Assembly (NCBI GenBank): GCA_944384745.1
Contig: CALWUO010000001.1
Span: 13,975-77,974, forward strand
Length of the DNA stretch: 64,000 bases
Direction: 5' to 3'
Source of the DNA: an uncultured Butyricicoccus sp.
GTDB taxonomy: Bacteria > Bacillota > Clostridia > Oscillospirales > Butyricicoccaceae
Made by a program: the position numbers and the translations under genes. This document shows positions 18,742 to 25,931 of the stretch, in pieces (within the stretch, counting starts at the first letter, position 1; each line of letters opens with the position of its first letter). The notes under the pieces were generated by a model. It was given only the letters and a program-made list of their open reading frames with translations, was not told the DNA's origin and made no database searches.

Positions 18742-19041
18742 TCCATCATAAAATATATGAAACATATCTAATGCTATATACTCATGGTGATGTTTATACT
18801 ATTCTATTAAACTATACTCCCAGTGGCTTATATCCAGTTATCCTTCCATATCCATACCTACAAATATTCAGCTATAAATTTATCCTTCCTCTAATACTTT
18901 TTTCAATCTTATTATTCTTATGTATATTTTATAATCTATAATTCAATATCTCATAGCTATACATATATCTCTAATTGCATATGTGTGGTTGAGTGGGTTC
19001 ATACTAAAAACAAAACTCGCCTAATCTATCAATAGGCGAGT
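18742..19041 (-). repeat. non-coding module of about 300 bp, copy 1 (direct repeat of 21138-21423)
   Basis: Long identical blocks shared with copy 2 (for example TAGTGGCTTATATCCAGTTATCCT and GAGTGGGTTCATACTAAAAACAAAACTCGCC). Confidence 0.8.
19002..19041 (-). terminator. rho-independent terminator after the methyltransferase gene; forms the 5' end of repeat copy 1
   Basis: Stem ACTCGCCTA/TAGGCGAGT followed by TTTTGTTTTT on the minus strand, immediately after the stop at 19041. Confidence 0.75.
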
Positions 19042-20006
19042 CATATTCGATAGTTATACCAGATTACTTCTAATCGTTTATTGTTCTTTATACCACCAAC
19101 CGTAGTCTTAACAGGAATTTCAATCCTATTCCAATGTGAAAGCTTGGTTCTATACAACTCAGAGTCATAGTTACTTATGACCATCTTACACGTTGCATTA
19201 GCTACTAAATCCAAAAATGCCTCATGGTCTTTATATGTTGACTGGTGCTTATAAACATTATTACCTAAATCTACATTAGTATCTGGATCTAAATAACTAG
19301 GGTCAGCATAACAACAAACATTCTCATTTTTTACATACTTTTCTAACATAAATTTTGCATCAGCCTGACAAACAATTACACCTTCCAAGCGTTCTGCAAC
19401 ATCATACAACTTATGAATACTCTTATGATAATCATCTAAAGACTTATATTTATTCCTCGACCAATCTTTTCCCATACAATCTCTACTTTGTGTATATATA
19501 ATATACGTTGCAACCGCCAAATCCATACTAGATGGAACATATGGTATATACTTAATATCCTTACCAGACGAATATAATCCTTCAATTAGATTATAATTTT
19601 CCTCAATATATGAATCATCTGTATTTGATTCTTTAGATGTATTTTTTGCTTTTTTCATAACTTTTCTATAATCAGATTCAACTTGTTTCCATATAGGGTC
19701 ATCAACACTATTACGTAGGTTTAATGCCCATTCAAATTGCTCTGGACTATATTCAGTATCATAAAGCCTCCTTATCAGTTCATATGCTGTATCCTTATTA
19801 CTCATCATTTCAACAAAAGCACATAAACCAGCAGATGAGTCATTATATATCTCAGTATAGTGACGAGGCTTATTCAATAATGTCCTACAAGCACCTCCAA
19901 ATGGTTCAATATATATATTAGTATTTGCATAATCTAATATATCACAAATAACAGGTGCTAATTTTGCTTTACCTCCATAATATCCAAACATTGAAAGTGT
20001 TTTCAT
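19041..20006 (-). CDS. Dam-like (D12 class) N6-adenine DNA methyltransferase with no adjacent restriction enzyme
   Basis: N-terminal YYGGKAKL and EPFGGACRT motifs; catalytic-motif variant YADPSY in place of DPPY. Confidence 0.75.
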   Translation of the reverse strand: MKTLSMFGYYGGKAKLAPVICDILDYANTNIYIEPFGGACRTLLNKPRHYTEIYNDSSAGLCAFVEMMSNKDTAYELIRRLYDTEYSPEQFEWALNLRNSVDDPIWKQVESDYRKVMKKAKNTSKESNTDDSYIEENYNLIEGLYSSGKDIKYIPYVPSSMDLAVATYIIYTQSRDCMGKDWSRNKYKSLDDYHKSIHKLYDVAERLEGVIVCQADAKFMLEKYVKNENVCCYADPSYLDPDTNVDLGNNVYKHQSTYKDHEAFLDLVANATCKMVISNYDSELYRTKLSHWNRIEIPVKTTVGGIKNNKRLEVIWYNYRI

Positions 20007-20719
20007 TACTTATCACCTGTAACACTTTCTAAAATATACTCCTTGTCAAACGATATTACCTTTATAGCCTTTTTAGTGTCTGAATTATAGATTGTTCTAT
20101 CATATCTGCCTGTACTACAAATTGTATACTTGCTATTTTTAAGTTCCTTTTTTATCTCTAATAAATCAAAATCCTTATATTCACTATCCTTTATCAGACT
20201 TGAAAAATCAGCGACAGGAATATTATAACACACCTTGCCATTTACTTTATACTCTAAATTGCCTATCTCGCTAGCATAGTCAATAACCATGCTTATAATC
20301 TCTCTCAACTTGTCATCATCAAGTACCAATTCTGTATGAATATACTTAATATCTAACAAATGGTAAACATTCCTAATGCATTGTTCAATATCTTTATAAA
20401 CAAAATTATTTAAAACAATACCATAATCATTCAATGATATTAAACTATCTAATAGCTTAATTGCACTAGTAGTTATTTCTGCAAACTTTTCACTGTTTTC
20501 ATCTTCAACACATATAACTAATGTTTCTTTCAATGTTTCCATTGACTTTTGTCTGATTATATTAAACTGAAAATGTACATTACCATTATTATATATTATA
20601 CATTGATTATTTATGTCAAATACATAATTTTTACCCACCATTAAACCAGCACCATTTGATTTATTATCTTTTTTAACCTCTCCAACTTCAGTTCCATTAT
20701 TTTCTACTACCTGTGACAT
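20006..20719 (-). CDS. hypothetical protein, 237 aa
   Basis: GAGGTGG SD; its stop overlaps the methyltransferase start (TAATG), indicating coupling. Confidence 0.6.
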   Translation of the reverse strand: MSQVVENNGTEVGEVKKDNKSNGAGLMVGKNYVFDINNQCIIYNNGNVHFQFNIIRQKSMETLKETLVICVEDENSEKFAEITTSAIKLLDSLISLNDYGIVLNNFVYKDIEQCIRNVYHLLDIKYIHTELVLDDDKLREIISMVIDYASEIGNLEYKVNGKVCYNIPVADFSSLIKDSEYKDFDLLEIKKELKNSKYTICSTGRYDRTIYNSDTKKAIKVISFDKEYILESVTGDK

Positions 20720-20854
20720 ACAACCACCTCATATATTATATTTACATATCAATATCCAATTATTTACAAAACTTTATAAACCCCGTTTTTTCACCCTGTA
20801 AACATAGCTTCTATTTAGCCTAGTAATTACACTACTAAACCATTTAATTGCAAT

Positions 20855-20878
20855 CTGGTTTGTTCTGGTTTGTTTTGG
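20855..20878 (+). repeat. tandem CTGGTTTGTT x2 plus a partial copy, 10-bp period
   Basis: CTGGTTTGTTCTGGTTTGTTTTGG lies in gene-free DNA upstream of the 237-aa gene. Confidence 0.6.
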
Positions 20879-21137
20879 CAATATTTTATATTATTCTCAA
20901 TCCTTAACCTAAAACCAATAAACATTTTAAACCAATTTTACATTTCAATTCTAGCATATAAACCATGTCATGTAAATAATCATAATATCATCAATATATA
21001 TCTATATATAAATATGCTTAAATGTACTATGGTCATAATAATTGTACGTCTATATAAATAAGATACGCTTTACCTTTTGGCAGTGCACTACCAAGAATAT
21101 AATTCATAGTCTATACCATAACCATATATCTATTGAT

Positions 21138-21423
21138 TCTATCATAAAATATATGACCTATATCTAATGCTATATATTTATGGTGATGTTTATATTATTC
21201 TGTTAAACTATCCTCCTAGTGGCTTATATCCAGTTATCCTACCATACACATATCTATTCAATATCTACTTTCTTACACTCTTTCTTCAATCTTAATATTC
21301 TAATGTATAGTTTCTACTCTCTAATTCAATATCTCATGGTTATACATATATCTTTAACTGCACCTTGATAGGGGAGTGGGTTCATACTAAAAACAAAACT
21401 CGCCTTAATCTAAACAGGCGAGT
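21138..21423 (-). repeat. non-coding module of about 286 bp, copy 2 (direct repeat of 18742-19041)
   Basis: Same order of conserved blocks and the same terminal hairpin as copy 1. Confidence 0.8.
21385..21423 (-). terminator. rho-independent terminator (paralog of 19002-19041) with no ORF upstream of it
   Basis: Stem ACTCGCC/GGCGAGT followed by TTTTGTTTTT on the minus strand. Confidence 0.65.
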
Positions 21424-21610
21424 TCCTTAATTTATACTATATGTTTAATCATATACCGTCTTGTACACGATAAACCTAAACACTAAATACAATTTCCAGT
21501 ATATTACAATACATATGGCTATAAATATTTTAACAAGTCATAGAAATGCTACCAAAATTCTACTTCTTAACCATATCCCTATAACACAATATGTATGTAC
21601 TCAACTCAAT

Positions 21611-21646
21611 GTGGTAATGTTGGTAATACTGGTAATGTGGTAATGT
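21611..21646 (+). repeat. four phased GGTAAT repeats, 8-9 bp period
   Basis: GGTAAT at 21613, 21622, 21631 and 21639. Confidence 0.65.
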
Positions 21647-21821
21647 ATGCTCTCTTAATCAACATGGCACTAAAAAGCCATATAAATTCTTTTGTTTATC
21701 TAACACTCCCAAAATAACTTCAATACACTTAATGTATTTACAATTTCAAACTTGCTTTTTTTAAGTCTAAAATTTAACCAATATTCTATATCCAATAATT
21801 ACTCTTAAACAGAACATATAT

Positions 21822-21857
21822 GGTTACACTGGTTAAATCGGTTACAGTGGTTACACT
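21822..21857 (+). repeat. four phased GGTTA(C/A)A repeats, exact 9-bp period
   Basis: GGTTACA at 21822, GGTTAAA at 21831, GGTTACA at 21840 and 21849. Confidence 0.65.
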
Positions 21858-21985
21858 TAAACACCTTATACCAACGCACTATATACACCATTATTCTAGC
21901 ACATTATTTTTACCGTGTAAACAAATAATATCTTATATTTTTCTAAATTTATAGATATATTCAAGCTTGCCATGAATAAATATTA

Positions 21986-22005
21986 GTTTGCCACCGTTTG
22001 CCACT
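21986..22005 (+). repeat. tandem GTTTGCCAC(C/T) x2; candidate integrase arm-type site (partner at 9677-9696)
   Basis: GTTTGCCACCGTTTGCCACT lies 124 bp upstream of the tRNA. Confidence 0.55.
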
Positions 22006-22071
22006 ATACTATTGCCTTAAATATCTATGACTGTTTCTCACTCGTATATATGACTTTTTAGACAAATATAA

Positions 22072-22100
22072 TTGACTTTTTTCATAATATATGATAAAAT
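22072..22100 (+). promoter_or_regulatory. sigma-A promoter inside the element that drives the complete tRNA-Thr
   Basis: TTGACT (22072-22077), 17-nt spacer, extended -10 TGaTAAAAT (22092-22100); the tRNA starts about 22 nt after the predicted start site. Confidence 0.65.
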
Positions 22101-22126
22101 ATGCCTGTTTCAGTTACAAATATTAC

Positions 22127-22167
22127 TTGCTACTGTAGCTCAGTCGGTAGAGCATCTCCCTCGTAAT
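22127..22167 (+). repeat. right 41-bp direct repeat (attR core)
   Basis: Matches 9437-9477 with one mismatch. Confidence 0.85.
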
Positions 22168-22204
22168 GAGAAGGTCACGTGTTCGAGTCACGCCAGTAGC
22201 TCCA
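22129..22204 (+). tRNA. tRNA-Thr, anticodon CGU, with encoded CCA
   Basis: Hand-folded 76-nt cloverleaf: 7-bp acceptor stem (G1-C72, C2-G71), D-arm GCTC/GAGC, anticodon loop CTCGTAA, T-loop TTCGAGT, 3' TCCA. Confidence 0.85.
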
Positions 22205-22237
22205 AACCGCTTTTTTTGCTAAAAAGGCGGTTTTTTT
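22205..22237 (+). terminator. terminator of the tRNA gene
   Basis: ACCGC(T)n...(A)nGGCGGT stem followed by TTTTTTT. Confidence 0.75.
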
Positions 22238-22385
22238 ATGGTGATAAACTATATTATAGGTTCATTAACATTCATCATTTTTACAAAAAATACAATAAAG
22301 TTATACTATTGTAAAATGATGTATGCTATAATATAATCTAATACACAATAAAACTTTATGGTTTTAAAATAGAAATGGGGAAATT

Positions 22386-22925
22386 ATGAGAACTTTAAAA
22401 TATGCTCTTTTGGGTATGTTAAATAAACAAAGTATGACAGGTTACGAGCTTATGAAGCTTTTTGAGGGAGCTTTGTCAGAATTTTGGTCGGTTAAGCACA
22501 GCCAGATTTATCCAGAACTTAAAAGACTTACTGAAGAAGGTATGGTAACTTATCAAGTCGAAATTTCAGGAAATGTGCTTGAAAAAAAGCTATATTCAAT
22601 AACTGAGCTTGGAAAAAAAGATTTTATGGATTGGCTGGGTAAACCACATAAAATGAAATCAACACCTAAAGAAGAATTCCGTTTACAGCTTTTTTATTCT
22701 TCAGCATTAACTCCAGAACGTCAAATATATATTTTACAAGACCAGTTAGAACAACATCAAATAAGACTTAAACATTTAAAGGAAAGTCAATCATCATTTT
22801 TTGAAGTTCCTAAAAGAGGAACATATGAATTTAGTGATTATTTGGTGCTTTTGGGTGCTATAAGACGTGAAGAAAGTGCATGTGATTGGCTAAAAGAATG
22901 TATAAGTATGTGTAAAGAAAATTAA
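22386..22925 (+). CDS. PadR-family transcriptional regulator
   Basis: Winged-HTH N-terminus MTGYELMKLFEGALSEFWSVKHSQIYPELKRLTEEGMV. Confidence 0.8.
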   Translation: MRTLKYALLGMLNKQSMTGYELMKLFEGALSEFWSVKHSQIYPELKRLTEEGMVTYQVEISGNVLEKKLYSITELGKKDFMDWLGKPHKMKSTPKEEFRLQLFYSSALTPERQIYILQDQLEQHQIRLKHLKESQSSFFEVPKRGTYEFSDYLVLLGAIRREESACDWLKECISMCKEN

Positions 22926-23015
22926 ATGTAACTTTAAAGCATATAATATATATGGTAAAATATTATTGTGCTTACTGTATAGTTATGTATTTTATTTATG
23001 AATGGAGGGTGCTAA

Positions 23016-23789
23016 ATGTATCAAATTCAAAACTTCACAAACAATGACGATATTAAGATTTTAAATCAACTAGGTCCATTTACTGTCATTGAGTATTTAA
23101 GGGATTTAAGCGTTATGCCACATGAGGCACAAACAGCTTTTTTCTGCAATGAAATGAATGTACGTAAACGTCAGGTTATATGTGATTTAAGCAAGGCTCA
23201 AGGAATAACACTTCAAGCAGGTGCTATGCAATGGACAGTTGGAGATGTAAACGCTACAACTGGTATTAAGGGTGTTGGTGATTTCCTTGGTAAAGCATTG
23301 CGAGGACAGGTAACAGGTGAATCAGCAATAAAACCTGAATATGTAGGAAATGGTACTTTAGTGCTTGAACCTACATATAAACATATATTGCTTGTGGATA
23401 TGAGCCAATGGGGCGGAAATATAGTGCTTGATGATGGATTATTCCTTGCATGTGAGTCAAATTTAAAGCATAAAGCGGTTATGCGTTCCAACTTATCATC
23501 TGCTGTTGCAGGTGGAGAGGGCTTGTTTAATTTAGGTATTCAGGGAATGGGTACGCTTTGTTTAGAATCTCCAGTGCCAAAGGAAGAACTCATAGAGATT
23601 ACACTGCAAAATGATGTATTAAAAATAGATGGAAATATGGCAATCGCTTGGAGTGGCACACTTGATTTTACAGTTGAGCGTTCAGGTAAAACGCTTATTG
23701 GTTCGGCTGCCTCTGGCGAGGGTTTAGTAAATGTATATCGTGGCACAGGTAGAGTATTACTTGCACCAGTTACAAAAGGTCCAGTATAA
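23016..23789 (+). CDS. AIM24/DUF124-family protein
   Basis: 257 aa; GGEGLF motif and overall family-like sequence; GGAGGG SD. Confidence 0.55.
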   Translation: MYQIQNFTNNDDIKILNQLGPFTVIEYLRDLSVMPHEAQTAFFCNEMNVRKRQVICDLSKAQGITLQAGAMQWTVGDVNATTGIKGVGDFLGKALRGQVTGESAIKPEYVGNGTLVLEPTYKHILLVDMSQWGGNIVLDDGLFLACESNLKHKAVMRSNLSSAVAGGEGLFNLGIQGMGTLCLESPVPKEELIEITLQNDVLKIDGNMAIAWSGTLDFTVERSGKTLIGSAASGEGLVNVYRGTGRVLLAPVTKGPV

Positions 23790-23797
23790 AATAATAA

Positions 23798-23824
23798 AAC
23801 GCATTGCTTAGGCAATGCGTTTTT
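23798..23824. terminator. bidirectional terminator between convergent genes
   Basis: 10-bp stem AACGCATTGC/GCAATGCGTT flanked by an A-run and a T-run. Confidence 0.75.
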
Positions 23825-23830
23825 CAATGC

Positions 23831-25489
23831 TTAAATTTCCATTATAATTGGTAAAATCATAGGGCTGCGTTTGGTTTTCTTAAATAAATAATCGCTTAAT
23901 GCACCCTTAACAGCAAGTTTAATTCCGTTCCAATCACGAACACCTTCATCAAGACAGCGGTCAAGTGCTATTTGACAGGTGTTTCTTAATTCTTCCATAA
24001 GTGGTTCAGCTTCTTTTACATATACAAAGCCACGAGAAACAATATCAGGGCCAGCTATAACAACTCTTGAAGTTGCATCAATGGTCATAACAACAACTAA
24101 TAAACCATCTTCTGATAGATGTTTTCTATCACGCAATACAGCAGAACCAACATCACCTATACCAAGTCCATCAACGAGTACTCTGCCTGATGGTACAGGA
24201 TTTCCAAGACGTATAGAGCGTTCACCAATTTCAATAGGTCGTCCGATTTCGCCAACAATGGTGTTGCGTTTAGGCATACCCATTTTTTGAGCAATTTGTG
24301 CATGCATACAAAGCATTCTATGCTCACCATGTACAGGAATAAAATACTTAGGTTTACATAGTGCAAGCATTAGTTTTTGCTCCTCTTGGCAAGCATGACC
24401 AGAAACATGAAGTGCGGCATTTCGGTCATAAATAACTTCTGCACCCTTTTTATAAAGCTCGTTTATCATGTTATTTACAGATTTCTCATTTCCAGGGATA
24501 GCAGAGGCAGCAATAAGAATACGGTCACCAGCTACAACGTCCACTTGTTTATGACTGTTATATGCCATGCGATAAAGTGCAGACATGGTTTCACCTTGAG
24601 AGCCCGTAGACACAATAACAATCTGCTCTTTAGGATAACGGCGTATTTCTGCCATATCAATTAAAACCTTGCCTTTATCTTGTAAATAGCCAAGCTCACT
24701 GGCAACAGTTGTAATTTTCTCCATACTTCTACCGCAAACAGCAACTTTTCTTCCGTACTTTGCAGCTATATCTAATATCTGTTGCAAACGTGATACATTA
24801 GATGCAAATGTTGCAATTATAATTCTCTCACGGCAGTTTTTAAAGAAGTTTTCAAGACTAGCACCAACAGTTTGTTCTGATGGTGTGTATCCTGCACGTT
24901 CAACATTAGTTGAATCGCTCATAAGAGCAAGAACGCCTTCTTTACCGAGTTCACCAAAACGTGCAAGGTCTATCATATCACCATAAGCGGGAGTTAAGTC
25001 AACTTTAAAGTCACCAGTGTGAATGATAGTGCCGAGTGGTGTACGGATAGCCAAAGCAACTGCGTCTGCAATGGAGTGGTTTGTGTGGATAAATTCTACA
25101 GTAAAACAGCCTAGTTTTACTGTATCACCAGCTTTAACACGGTTAAAACGAACCTTAGAAGGCATACGGTGTTCTGTTAATTTTGCTTCAATTATGCCAC
25201 ATGTTAGGCGAGTGCCATAAACAGGAGCATTTATTTCACGAAGCACATAAGGCAGACCACCTATATGGTCTTCATGTCCATGGGTGATAAGATAACCACG
25301 AAGTTTCCTTATATTGCGTTTTAGATATGTTGTGTCTGGAATTACAAGGTCTACACCAAGCATATCATCATCAGGAAACGCTAAACCACAGTCAATTACA
25401 ATGATATCGTTACCATACTCTATAAGAGTCATGTTTTTGCCGATTTCATCAAGACCACCAAGCGGAATAATCTTCAGTTTTTCTCTCAT
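23831..25489 (-). CDS. rnj: ribonuclease J
   Basis: 552 aa; metallo-beta-lactamase/beta-CASP signature HGHEDHIGGLPY; N-terminus KIIPLGGLDEIGKNM. Confidence 0.9.
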   Translation of the reverse strand: MREKLKIIPLGGLDEIGKNMTLIEYGNDIIVIDCGLAFPDDDMLGVDLVIPDTTYLKRNIRKLRGYLITHGHEDHIGGLPYVLREINAPVYGTRLTCGIIEAKLTEHRMPSKVRFNRVKAGDTVKLGCFTVEFIHTNHSIADAVALAIRTPLGTIIHTGDFKVDLTPAYGDMIDLARFGELGKEGVLALMSDSTNVERAGYTPSEQTVGASLENFFKNCRERIIIATFASNVSRLQQILDIAAKYGRKVAVCGRSMEKITTVASELGYLQDKGKVLIDMAEIRRYPKEQIVIVSTGSQGETMSALYRMAYNSHKQVDVVAGDRILIAASAIPGNEKSVNNMINELYKKGAEVIYDRNAALHVSGHACQEEQKLMLALCKPKYFIPVHGEHRMLCMHAQIAQKMGMPKRNTIVGEIGRPIEIGERSIRLGNPVPSGRVLVDGLGIGDVGSAVLRDRKHLSEDGLLVVVMTIDATSRVVIAGPDIVSRGFVYVKEAEPLMEELRNTCQIALDRCLDEGVRDWNGIKLAVKGALSDYLFKKTKRSPMILPIIMEI

Positions 25490-25789
25490 AATATCGCTAT
25501 CACTTTCCTTTACTAAAATAGTTTAAATATATCTGGAAAACTCCAGTTAAGGAAGTACCGGTTTAAAGCACCGTCAGGTCTTCCGTATCTTCAAAAAAAT
25601 AAAAGTGGGTTATATCCACAATCCGATAAATAATTATAACCATTGTATCATAACTAAAATTATTTGTACAGCGATTAAAATTAAATAATATTTTTATTAA
25701 AAATACGGGAAATAATAAATACAAAAAGTAATATATAAAATAAATATAACAAAAAGAAATCGGAAAATAAATTTTTTTCGGGAAATTGT

Positions 25790-25818
25790 TTGACAAAGTG
25801 GGCGAGCTTGCGTATCAT
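25790..25818 (+). promoter_or_regulatory. sigma-A promoter of the 3D-domain gene
   Basis: TTGACA, 17-nt spacer, TATCAT. Confidence 0.55.
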
Positions 25819-25931
25819 GGTTACAAAGCGGTAACAAACAGAAAACAGTTTGGTAACACCGCAAAGGATTTAAAGGCAAATGCCTATATCGCTTGTGTAG
25901 CGAAATCTATATTTAACTAGGAGTTTATTTT

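Larger units (their letters stand above)
9478..22128 (-). mobile_element. integrative element of about 12.7 kb (genomic islet, possibly a degenerate prophage or satellite) inserted in tRNA-Thr
   Basis: Bounded by the 41-bp tRNA-half repeats; tyrosine integrase at the left end; all genes on the minus strand; visibly more AT-rich than the flanks; flanks are core genes (rpsF operon and padR-like). Confidence 0.8.

Noticed and set aside
18720-18941. A 73-aa very hydrophobic plus-strand ORF inside repeat copy 1, considered as a type I toxin-like peptide
   Set aside because: Copy 2 keeps the frame only from an internal ATG and ends earlier. The substitutions between copies are mostly non-synonymous. 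There is no SD, and it is a TTG-start ORF in AT-rich DNA. It may deserve a second look only if plus-strand transcription is found.
18943-19002. A 19-codon minus-strand ORF conserved in length in both repeat copies (MNPLNHTYAIRDICIAMRY, and MNPLPYQGAVKDICITMRY at 21326-21385)
   Set aside because: The ATG sits in the terminator U-tract with no SD. Seven of 19 residues differ. Conservation is more simply explained at the nucleotide or RNA level.
21611-21857. Short tandem repeat arrays considered as a possible CRISPR or other guide-RNA array
   Set aside because: The units are 8-10 bp with no spacers of unique sequence, and no cas-like gene is nearby. They fit protein-binding arrays better.
25820-25931. 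Looked for a c-di-AMP (ydaO-type) riboswitch upstream of the 3D-domain cell-wall gene
   Set aside because: The 110-nt leader forms three simple hairpins. It lacks the conserved ydaO core motifs and is too short for that family.
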